Source: Peribolospora baueri (taxonomy: Eukaryota). Taken from it: 64,000 nt of DNA. This document shows, piece by piece, positions 10,885-21,965 of the stretch. The stretch lies in contig JAMDHS010000035.1 in the NCBI GenBank assembly GCA_029717555.1, positions 1 to 64,000 on the forward strand. The letters run 5' to 3'. Position 1 is the first letter of the stretch. Each line of letters opens with the position of its first letter. A program made the position numbers and the translations under genes. The notes beneath the pieces were generated by a model. It was given only the letters and a program-made list of their open reading frames with translations, did no database searches and was not told where the DNA came from.

Positions 10885-12943
10885 GATCCAGAGGACTCAT
10901 AGGGCCCTCACAGTGATCCGAGCTCTGTCGCGGGCAAAGACGCGTGCTCTACCGTCGCTCCCACATCGTATTCGCAAAGTGACTTGGGCAGCGTGGAATC
11001 AACACCAAGGCTTAGCACAAGCCTCGACCAGTCTCCGAAGAGGGCATGGCTCGATCCGGAAGCGACTACAATATCACAAAGCCCAGGCGGTTTTGCTCGG
11101 CGTCCCTCTCTGCCCTCGCTTCGCTCTGGCCAGCTGGCCCCATCGCAACCGATGGGCCGAGCAACACCTCTCCAATTCGGGATCCAGATCCGCCTCCCAT
11201 TGCGGACCTGCCTTCCTCTCCCATCGTCCCGTTACCACTCAGAACTTTCGGCCTTGTTGACGAGGTTGGAAGTCCGCTCGAGTGGCCGACAGCGCGAGCA
11301 GGAGAAGGAAGTACCACGCTCCTTAAAGTGCTCAACCCGGACCCACTCACGCCCATTAATTCAGAACCGCTCGATTTGTCGTCCTGCAACAACAGGGATG
11401 GACAAAGAAGCCCCAGTGCGTCGGGGTACTTCGCCTTGCCCGATGTGATGCCGGCGTCGAAGGGGGAAGGGGACGAGGAGATCGAAAGATACGTTGATCG
11501 GGAGGATCAACGACACAGCTATCGGGCAAGAGATGGTCATCAGGCAGGGGTCGACGCCGGGAACACCTCAATTAGAATCCTGGAGGGACACCCAAATGTC
11601 CGTCACCGGCACTGTGGCTCTCGTCCGGGCTCCCGTCAGCAACGTTAAGCGAGAGTGGACGTAGTTCCGAAAAGTCCACCCCCGCTAGATGTCCGCCATG
11701 GCTGCAACGCACCAAGTCGCTATCAGCGCCATCAGGCCGTCTTTTCCGACTCTCAAACAAGCACGAAATGGATACCGAACGGCTCGCTTCACCGACACCG
11801 CTGGAGAGCACGTCCGAAAGGATAAAGAATGGGCCGGGATCATCTTAGCGACTCGGAGCAGGGCAGATTTTCCTGCCGAGTTGGGCGGTCGACGAGGCGC
11901 CATGGTTGAGCTCGAGGTCTCTCCGGTATCCAGGGTCGAAGCTTGCATTTCTGAAAAGGTCTTTTGTCGTTACCGCACCAAGTTCGCAAGTCGAGGCCAG
12001 ATGGGCTCACCTCCAGGAGGAGTGCAGGCGAGTCCAGCTAGTCAAGCCCAGGAGGTTAAAGCTGTACCCTTCTTCTCGCTCAGCACTCGACCTGGCGTCC
12101 TCAAGGTGGTGCCTAGAGTGGGCATCCTCGGGAAACTCTTAGGCGGGGTCATGATCATTGACGAGGTGGATGGGACAGACTCGCCTCAGCATGCAAACCC
12201 ATCCTCGCCTTGGCACTCCTCCGAAAGACAGTGGATAGAGGGCAAAGGCGACATCACGAACTACGGGGGAGGACACAGGAACGCGCCAGGACGCCTTCGT
12301 TCATTAGCTCGCTGCGCGACTTCGAAGTGCTCAGGATGGTAGTGTCGCTCGAGATGGAGAGAGAGCATAGAGAGTTGATGGAAGCAGCCGTCGTGCCGGC
12401 TAGAGGCGCGACCAGACGATGGAAGCCCTCTCCGAAACCCTCTCGGAAATGAGCCATAAGCCGTTGGCCATCCGGCAAGGTGCCCTTTCCTTCAACACAC
12501 CCAGGCGCAAGCCAACACCATCACTACCGCTTCCTCCTTCTGATCCCCTAGCTGGTTGCCCGCCCCCACCGCACCTCGCGTCTGTTTCTTAATCACCTCC
12601 ATTGGCAAGCCCCGAACCACTACCCCTCCCTCGCCCTTCCACTGCACACTCCGAAATTGCCCCGCGGCCGCCTCCTCCGCTCCCTTCTCGTACTCCTCCT
12701 TCTCCAACTCTACCCCGCACACTACTAGGTGGATTCTCATCCTCCGACGTTACAGACACGTTCTTTCATGGAGCCGCGGACGAACCGTTTCTGAGAAGGC
12801 TCATAGAGGTCAGTCGAGCGAAGGCGATAGAGATCTGTGCCGTTGTTTGCGTGCATACGATGCCCGAGGAGGACTATGATTGGTACTGGGATCGTATCGT
12901 CCAAACATATCGACCCAACGCGCGGTCAGGACGTTATGGTTAA
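10885..12943 (+). pseudogene. Apparent decayed 3' continuation of the 8627 gene
   Basis: Protein-like segments in shifting frames with no convincing splice sites between them. In-frame stops TAG at 11662-11664, TAG at 11686-11688 and TAA at 12590-12592 are flanked by open sequence. Confidence 0.4.
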
Positions 12944-13105
12944 AGGAACATGAAATCGGTTCACTGTGTCCCATTTCGAAGCCAGAGAAGGCCGACGAGG
13001 CCAACAAAGACGTTGACGGAAGAGGCAGTAGACCATCTGATAGACTATTCGCCTGCTCTGGAGTCGCACTCGACAGAGGGGCCTGCTATATGTCCCATTG
13101 CATTT

Positions 13106-15986
13106 TTACGCCTCCCCCTCCCCTTTTTCCTTCTCCTCCTCCTCCTCGCCACCGTCCAGTCCAGCGCCGCCGTGGATCCTCGCGCCGCGCGCAAAATCAG
13201 CCAAGCTCCGAACATAAGCCTCGGCCAGCTCATCGCCTTGAGCGAGCTCCATCAGTTCCTTCGACCCTTGGACGCCCTGGGTTCTTCGAAGGACGGCTTG
13301 GGGAGGCGCGTGAGCGAGGAGGGATGAGAGCGTTTCGGGATCTGTCTTTGAGGTTGCCGACGTTGTGGATGTCGCTGGAGGCGACGACGAAAACGCTTCC
13401 GGAGAAGCGAGGTACGCTCGAGAGGAGAGGTCACGCAGCTCGCTCTTCAAAAGGTCCTGAAAAAGCTCCGGCTCCTCATAAGCTCGTGCGACGCCTTGCT
13501 CCTCCGTCATCGCGACGCCTCCGGATCCCGCTCCCGCCCAGGCTCCGTTCCCCGTACCTCGAAGACGGGAACGTAATTGCGCGGCATGGGCGATGCCCGT
13601 CCAAGCGGGTAGGGAGGGGTACAACCCGTAATCGAGATGGCTTGCGAGGCGATCAGAGTAAACGACCTCGTCCGCGCCTGCAGCTCCTGGAGGTGGCGCC
13701 TTGCTTTTGGACTTGGACGTGAGGCGCTGTGTGGCCGCAAGTTGAGTAGCAGCCGCGCTGTAGGGGAAAGAGAAAAATGATTTCGACGGTGGCGGTGTGG
13801 AATGGCGCCAGGCTGGTAGAGAGGTGGGATGATAGCTCAAACTCGTCATCTCGACCGGCTCGCTGGCAGTAGCGAATGCCGCGGCAGAAAGCGTTGGCGG
13901 TATGGAGGACGATGGAACACGCAGGAGAGAAGTAAGCTGTGGGACGACCGGTGGGGGCGACGAAGGCACGAGTGTGCGAGGGTCTTGATCCGCTGTGGCA
14001 TTTAACAGATCACATGTTCGAGTGAGCCAACAACGGGGGATAACTTGAGGGATGACTGGACTATTGTAACAGGCAGAATTAAGGACTAACGCTCATCGGG
14101 GTCGATCGATCCGTCCGGCAGCGTTGCCAGCTCGTCCCTTTTCCTCTTTGGCTTGGGCTTCGACGCGGCTGAACATGGAGAGGGGAAGAGTGAAGGGTTG
14201 TCGTGGCATCAAAGTTAAGTCGCTAGAGCTTGGAAGGCGGTGAACATTGCCTACAATACCTTTTAAACCCGTATCCTTGATCACAGCCGGACTCCTTTCT
14301 TTTATCGGTGGCCTGGCGGAGCTCCCACTTCGCGCCCGGGCAGGAGCAGGGCTCCCCCTGCTACTGCCAGCCGGTTCGGTCGTCTCGCTCTTGACTTCGG
14401 GCTCGTCGTCATCGCCATCTTCCTCATTCCCCTCGTCGTCGCCACTCTCATACTCATCCTCGTCCGCCTCCTCCTCCTCACTCTCCTCGTCCTCGTCCTC
14501 TTGCTCCTCATCAGATCGAGGTTCCGACTTTACGCGCACCTCCTCGCTGACGCCCCTACTGACGACTCGACTAATCGAAGGTGACTGGCCTGAGGGAAGG
14601 TTCGTCGCTGTAGACGTCGGGGCTGGCAGCTTGACCCTGAGACGGATAGGGCCGATCTTGGGCGTTTGGCTCTTTACGGAGCCCGGAGCGCTGCTCTGGG
14701 GCGTGCTCGCGCCGCTGTCCTTCGCCTTCACCTTCCCCTTATCCACCTGGGTGTCCTTCCCCTTCCTCTTCTTTCCCTTTCCCTTCGCTTTCACGCCCTC
14801 CTGTTTGCTCGCCTCTTCCTGCAACGCCCTCTCCCTCTCCGAGCCGGGCTCAATGGCGGACGGTCCTTCGCGATCGATCGCTCGAAGACCCCAAGACTGG
14901 AGCTTCTTTGCCTCCGCGTGATAGATCGACGAAGGTGGGTTGAATGTTTGCGCATTGTTGACCACTAGGAGGAAATCAGCCTGCAGCGAGCGGCCATGGG
15001 GAGGACAAGGCGCGACAGCGATAGCAGCGGAACTCAAATGAACATAATTCTGGCCCCATCAATCCTCCCACGCCTCCTCTACCTTTTCCCCGCCCACTAA
15101 CGCTTTCAAGAAGCTCACCTTGAACTGAGCAACGGTCTGGTAGGCGCCCTCCTGGATCTTCTTCTCCATCGTCCCCAAATCCATAGGTTGTTTGATGACG
15201 TCTGCGTAACCCGGGACCTGAGAGGCATCTACGGGAACCAAGAAGAAGCCGTATGGATCTCTCCTGCAAGACGAGGCGTACATGTACAAAGCGGCATGGA
15301 AAGAAGAGGTCGAGCAGGATATCAGCAGAAGCTTTCGGGGAGACCGCATGATCGAGCGGCAAAGGAAGGAAGAAGTGCGCATACAGTCTAGCTGACTCCA
15401 CACGCACTCACCTCTTCATGCCGTCAATCATTCTCGTCAGCACCTCGCCCAACGGCTTCGGTCGTAGTCGCTTCGGACCTTTTAACCTCCCAGCCGGCGT
15501 ACGCGGCTCCTCGTGCGCTGAGGACGAGGCGTTCTTCCGCGATGCGGACGGCCCCGATAAAGCAGAAGCGCCAGAGCCCGTGCCTCTTTTTCCACTCTCG
15601 GCCTCCTCCTCTACCTCCTCCTGAAGCGCTGGGGGCCAGGACGAGCGTCCAGCCAAAGGTTGTGAGCGAAACGCCTCTGGAGAGACGGACATGGAAGCGG
15701 AGGACGAAGCCTGGCCGCTCGGGTCGGAGACCGATGCGCGCGCAGAGTCGGAGAGGTGCAAGGACTGTTGCCTCTGAGAGGAGGAGACGCTCGCGCGCCG
15801 TTGTCTCGCCCAGCTGGCGTGGAGGTCGTGAAGGGGCGTGCTGGAGGTATTAGGGTGAGAGGAGTAGTGGTATTTGGACTCATCGTCCGAGTTGGAGTCC
15901 GAGTCGGACGACGGCGAGGAGGGGATGCTGCCGATGCCTGCACCGACGCCCCCCCAATCGGGGCGCCCAAAGAGCGACGGGTTCAT
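13106..15986 (-). CDS. Bromodomain protein, BRD7/BRD9-like, multi-exon
   Basis: Bromodomain MKR|RDPYGFFLVPVDASQVPGYADVIKQPMDLGTMEKKIQEGAYQTVAQFK|ADFLLVVNNAQTFNPPSSIYHAEAKKL with the conserved Asn. Acidic tract follows, then LPDGSID and LDYGLYPSL motifs. Confidence 0.85.
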
Positions 15987-16380
15987 GGCTGACGCTGCGA
16001 CGAGGAGCGGCCGAGCAGGTCGGATGATGGTGTGTGATGGAGCACGGCCGGCGCTCGATGATGGCCAACACCGGCGATCTAATAGGGTGAGTTGATCGTC
16101 GTGACGGCTGCGGCTGCGGAAATGAATTCTTCTACGTGACTCACGTGCCGATCGAACGACGAACCGCGGGGGGACTGACCGCAGCCGCAGGGGTTAGGGT
16201 TACGCATCTTCCCACGCACGCACGCAGCACGCGTAAGCCTCGATCAGTGCGTGGTGGATGTGGACGGAGGGATGTGGTCGAGGACGGGCGACCATCGTCA
16301 GTGCTCGCCATCATCTTCTCTACCACCTCGCCTTTTTTCCTCCTCCCTACTCGCTCACACGCTTCCAGACAGGAGCACCA
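15987..16380. promoter_or_regulatory. Divergent promoter between the bromodomain gene and PRE4
   Basis: 394 bp between two outward-facing ATGs. Contains ACGTGACTCACGT (16134-16146) and GGGTTAGGGTTA (16191-16202). Confidence 0.65.
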
Positions 16381-17876
16381 ATGGATCACTTCCCCGGTTC
16401 CTCGTGGGGTCGTCCGCGGGACGACCGCCTCGACATGTTCTCCACCTTTCCTCTCTCCGGCGACCGCAACCCGGTACCCGCGGGCAGAGATACGTTCGCC
16501 GATGGCGTGCAGAGGACGCAGTGAGTCTGTCTGTCTCATAGGAGACGTGTTTGGCATCTGTGGGGTTGTAAGAGCAGCTGTAGCTGAGCGGGCGGAAATA
16601 GCCTTATACGCACCGTGGGGCCGGATCAAGTCAACTGACTCGTTTCGACTCTCGACTCATGACGCTCTACCAGGCAGCCGATCATAACCGGATCGTCAGT
16701 TCTGGGCGTCAAGTACAAGGACGGCGTCATGCTCGCCGCCGACACTCTCGGTGAGGGGCAGCCTTCTTCTCCCTTTCGCGTCTCTGCATGCTCAGTCGGG
16801 CAGGAGAATTAACACATGTCGACGCTGCCACCTCGTCTGCTTGGCTCTTCCAACACCTCTGCTACCACCAGCCTCTTACGGCTCCCTGGCCCGATTCAAA
16901 GACATCCGCCGCCTGTTTCCCGTGGGAGAGCACACAGTGCTTGGCGCTTCGGGGGACATGTCGGATTTCCAGTACATGCAGCATCAGTTGACACAATTGA
17001 TGTGAGTTTCCGGCGGACGACTGTTTGGGCGGTTGTGATTGAGTGCTAGCGGCGCTCACCCCCGGTGATGATCGTTCTTTGCTTCGCCGCAGGATCTCGG
17101 AATTTGACGCCGACGACGGACACGTGCTGACCCCCACACAGATCTACGAGTACATTGCTCGAGTGATGTACGCTCGACGGTCTAAGATCGACCCTCTCTG
17201 GAACGCCTACGTCCTGGGCGGCGTCGAGAAGGGAGGACGCAAGTTCCTGGGATACGTCGACCTCCTGGGAACGACTTACTCCAGTCCTACGATCGCCACG
17301 GGCTTTGGGGCTTATTTGGCGCAGCCGTTGCTGAGGAAGGCGGTGGAAGGAAGGGAGGACGTGATCGAGGAGGAGGAGGCGAAGGATATCATCGAGAACG
17401 CCTTGAGGGTGCTGTGTGAGTGGCGATAATTGTCGGTCACATTCGACTTGTCGACTTATCACTTTTCGCTCTCGTTGGACCAGTCTACCGCGACGCAAGA
17501 AGCTTGAACAGGGTGAGTTGGCCTGACCGCCTCCGTCGGGCGTGTCGCTTTGCCGAGCGTCCACGAGAGCGGAGCGACAGACATTTTCGGGGTTCGTCCA
17601 TTTCTGCTCACCACCTTGGCTTGGTCCCACTCGTGCTCTCCTCCCGTGACGCTGTCGTCCTTCAGTTCCAAATCGCCACCGTCACCGAGGCAGGCCTCAC
17701 GATCTCCGAGCCCAGATCGGTGTCGAGCAGCTGGAAGTTTGCCGAGGGGATTCGGGGGTGAGTCGGCCGTCCCGTTTTCGCGCTTCGTTGCGGGCGGGTA
17801 TCGTGTTGCTGACTTGTTGATCTTCCAACGTCCGTTCCGTTCCGTCGCCCGCAGGTACGGTGCGCAGACGCAGTAG
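16381..17876 (+). CDS. PRE4: 20S proteasome subunit beta7 (Pre4/PSMB4), multi-exon
   Basis: [38 protein letters not shown]...GASGDMSDFQY...MYARRSKIDPLWN...LGYVDLLGTTYSSPTIATGFGAYLAQPLLR...FYRDARSLN...WKFAEGIRGYGAQTQ. Confidence 0.95.
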
Positions 17877-18254
17877 AACGTCCCTCCCTCCGTCCGTCCT
17901 GCCATCCCTCCTCTTCGTGCTGTGAATATAACATATAACCCTTGAGGTCGTTTTGCGATTCATGCGCGATGCGATGCGATGCGATACGGTTTGACAGGGG
18001 CTCGCATGCCTACGAACGGAGTCGGACCGAATCGAGTCGAACGGTGGAAGGGAAAGAAAAGAAAATTTCTTCTCGATAGATCGGACGTCCTTGTCTACTC
18101 ACTCACCCGCGCGAGCCAATGATGATGATCGGGGGAACCGAAACGAACGAACCGAGTTATGGTCTACGATCTTCATTATGCGTACAAATACATGAGTGAT
18201 CGAGCTTCGTTCCTTCGTTCCTTCGTCGGCAGGTGAGGCCCAGGTCGCCGCGGG

Positions 18255-20592
18255 TCAGGTCGCGGCGGCAGCGACAGTCATGCCCTCCGCCTCCGCTGTC
18301 CGACGATCAGAAGCCAAGGGGCGAAGCTCGTGACGAATCGTGTCAGCGAGCGTCTCGACGTCGGCCACCTCTGCAACGCTCCACACCTCCACCTCTTCCT
18401 CTTCTTCTTCCTCTTCCCCTTCCATCCTTCCCCCAACCCCAGGCCCTCCTCCTCTTCTCTCCGCCGCAGCCCTCCGCTCAGCCTGCCAGAAAGAAATCTC
18501 TTTCCTCAGAAGATGAGCGCACGCTTTGCCAGGGCCGAGACATATGAACCTCCTCACGCCCCTCGCGTCCGCCTCCTCCTCCTCCCCGCCCACCAAGTCC
18601 GTCGGCGCTTGCGGGAGGGGTTCGAAGCCAAAGTTGGTCGTGTGCGGCGACGACCGTCCGTCGTCGAGGAGAGCGCGGATGGTGCGGCGCCATTGGACGG
18701 GGGAGGTGACGCCACGGAGGAGGTCTGTGCGTATCGTGGAGGGACGGGCGAGGGGAGAGGCGTTGTAGGACGACATGACGTGTCGGGCCGGTGCGCCGGC
18801 GGGGTGCGCAGAAGGGCGGGGAGAGAGGAGAGGGAGGGCGTCGACGGCCGGTCGAAGGGCGTGGACGACGGGGTGCATGAGCCTCGTCCCGAACGGCGCC
18901 ATCACGTGCGGCAGGTTGGCCGCCCGAGCGCCGAGGGAGAGCGCGCGTAGACGGGCGCAGGCGTAGTCCACGGCTGGGGAGGTGCCACTGAGAATGATCT
19001 GGGTGGACTGGCGGCAGGAGGGATGGGAGGAAGGAGGGTGTGAGCGTCATGCAGCATGGTTGAAGTGGGCTCGAAGGGAAGGGAAGCTCACGCTGTTGAT
19101 CTCGCCGATGCCGACCCAGTCCCCCTCCTCCAAGCCCATCTTCTTCAGCTTGGTCTTGTCCCCTTCCACAATCTCCTTGCCCACCTTCCTCACCTCGGCC
19201 AAAAGCTGGTGGAGCTTGCCGGGACGACAGACGACGGCGGAGAGCTGGTAAGGCGGTTCTGGCAGAGTCGAATTGGCGGTGGGAGAGGGGGAGGGGTTGC
19301 CTTGGAGGGGAAGGTGGGAAGAGACGAGGAGGCCGCGATGTCGGGAGAACTGGACGGCATGGCGGAGGGAGAGGAAGCCCTACGAGTACGAGAGCCAAGG
19401 ACCACGAGGAGAAGAGAAAGAAAAGAAGATGCGAGTCAGCTCTCTCCCTCCTTTTACACGCACCGACGCATTGGGCCCGTCGAACACTCACCCCAGCGGC
19501 TAGAGCGCCGACGGTACCGGCGCCATGCCCCGCCGTCCAAGCGCCTCGCTCGCCTTGGGCAAAGGTGATCCCAAAGTGCTCTTCGAGGACGGTCAAAAAG
19601 CTCGATCCGGTGGCGAGCATGGCCGGACCGGCGTTGTAAGGGGCCATGAGGGTGGCCTGGTCGCCGGCATGAGCTAGCTCGCGAAGGGAGAAGGAGGCGG
19701 CGCGTCTGTCTAGCAGGGCGTCCTCGAGACGAGCGGTGTGGCGGAGGATGTCTGCCCACTGGTCCGAAACGGAGCCGTCGGCGGCAGGAGATGATGATGA
19801 AGAAGAAGAAGACGAAAATAGGGCGTCGTCGACGTCGTCCCAGACCCTCCTCGCCTCGCCAAACGAGTCGTAGAGGTCCTTGGCCATGCCGGCGTAGGAA
19901 TGGGCCTGTGAGGGGAAGATGAGGGCGGTGCGTTTCGGTTTCCGACTAGGCCGAGCGGAGGAAGAGGAGGAGTTGAAGAAGGCGAGGGAGGAGCGAGTTC
20001 GGGCGGAGGTGGACGTGGCGGAAGGAGACCGGTCGGGGGAGGCTGCTGCGGCGGAGAGAGGGGTAGGAGGGGCACCGCGCGGGGACAAGGTGGACGAAGG
20101 TCTTGATCGTGGCCGGCGGTCTGAGGAAGAGGAGGAAGGGGTAAGGCGAAGGGGGGACGGGGATGACGACGGTCGTCGACTCTTGGGCGTCGGTGGAGTG
20201 GGGAACGCCGTGAGAGAAGGGGCCATGGGGTGGCCGTGCAAGAAGGTGTTGGGATCCCTGTACGCCCTCTGATAGCTCGATCCGGAAGCGAGAGCAAGGG
20301 CGTCGACGTCGCGGCGGGTGGAGGTGGAGAGGAGGCCGTGAGCGACGGTGGGATTTGCGTGGGTGGGAGAAGGAGGGAGGTGGAGGACGGGGAAAGAGGA
20401 GGTGGAGGGGAGACAGGGCGAGGCGGCGGCGGCAGGCAGAGCTGCGCTGGGATGAGCGCGAGGCGCCGACGTGGACCCCTGTCGGCGCGCTCCCAAGGAC
20501 GATAAGGACGATGGCGATGGGCACACCGATGGCGGACGCACGCACGAGCATGACGACCGGGCCGCGGGGGTGAGTGCGGAGGGTGGGGGCAT
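18255..20592 (-). CDS. Malonyl-CoA:ACP transacylase (FabD/MCAT)-like protein with degenerate active site, about 713 aa, 3 exons
   Basis: Exons 20592-19492, 19379-19092 and 19007-18255, all phase 0. FabD-order motifs: TALIFPSQA, AGMAKDLY, AGPAMLAT, GHGAG, RHRG, INSSTQIILSG, VMAPFGTRLM, TSPVQW, LGPGK. Confidence 0.85.
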
Positions 20593-21965
20593 GGCGGAGG
20601 GCGGTCGTTGGAGGTGCGGAGTGTGACTGCGAGTGGAGCAGGCGCAAGAGGACGACGACGACGACAACAACAACGACGACGACGAGAGCGGTGAGAGGGG
20701 CAGAGACGAGGAGACGAAAGAGAGAGGCGGCGGTGGTGGAGGAGGTGAACGGGTTATAAGAGGTCGAGTGCGCTGCGGCGGCGACCAAGGACAAGGACGC
20801 CGATCGACCGAGTCGTATGAACCGGACGATGACGCTCACGCGCGCGCTCGGCGACGACGGCGACGACGGCGACTATCGCGGGCGTGGAAAGAAATAAGGT
20901 AAAGGACATCCTCCTTCGCCGTCCGCATTCCGCATTCCATACTCCTCCCTCCCACTCCTCCCTTCTTTCCGCCCCTCCAAACCCCGGCCCATACTCGAGT
21001 CATCAAAGCCCGAACCGGGCGGGCGAGCGGGCGAGCGGGTGTGCGGAGTCCCCGCGCGGCGTTTCGACGGGCCCTCGCCCGGCTCACCGGCGGAAATTCT
21101 CGCCGGTGCTCGGAACTGGGGCCGGAACCAGAACTGGAACCGTAATAACGGCCGCCCCCGTGTTCCCCCGACGCGTTGCCTGTCGCCGCGGCATGCCCAA
21201 TCGAGGGGCCCCCCTCTTCGTTCCGGTCATGCCCAGCAACGGCAAAGCAAACAAAGCGATAAAAGCAAAGCATAGCATAGCAAACCAATCCAGTCCGAAC
21301 CAATCCAATCCAGTCCAATCCAAAGCAAAGATAGCGAGATAGATAGCTCACACGCTCCCGTACTCGTAGTCGATGCCACGTAATAATAACGCTAGTAGTT
21401 TATTTCTTTCCAGCGTCCCTCGGCAAGGACGAGGACGAGGATGTACCTAGGATACCTGTGACATGAGCAACAGGAGGCATGGATGGGTGGATGGACCGAA
21501 CGAGGAGATGGACGGAGTGGTGGTTTCGCTAGATCATCTTTTCGAGACGAGACAAGGGCGACGCGACGCGATCCGACCGACGGTCGGCGGTGCGGTGCGA
21601 AGCGCAGGGATGCATATGCGATGGCTGGCGGGTGGGTGGGTGGATGGGAGAATGGGAGGATGACGTCGGACGACGACGACGGCGGCGAAGGGCGACAGAG
21701 GAGGCGAGACGCGACGAAGGGAGAGCATAGGGAAAGACGGAGAGGCGAGGGAGGAAGGAAGGAAACGGACGAGTTGCAGTCTTCTTCTAGCGAAGCCTAG
21801 TCGACGAAGACGTCTTCGAACGACGCCGAACCGAACGAGACGAGACGACGACAGACGACAGACGAGACGAGAAAGAAAGAAAAAGCCAATGGCCTCGTTC
21901 GACCGCTCGCCGCGTCAACCTATCTACCGCCCTTCACTGCGTCCGTCAGCCTTCGCTCGTGGCGC

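Noticed and set aside
12950..13327. ORF with an LLLLLL 'signal-like' stretch
   Set aside because: It is the reverse complement of the poly-Glu C-terminus of the bromodomain gene.
16191..16202. Telomere or telomerase RNA template
   Set aside because: Only two repeat units, located in a short divergent promoter; treated as a possible cis-element instead.
18478..20673. 731-aa single ORF as the MCAT-like protein
   Set aside because: It reads through the intron starting at 19491 into the wrong frame. The spliced model restores the FabD motifs.
21106..21145. U6-like start (GTGCTCG) and GGAAC repeats as snRNA or CRISPR
   Set aside because: No ACAGAGA box or other U6 sequence, and the repeats are too short and have no spacers.
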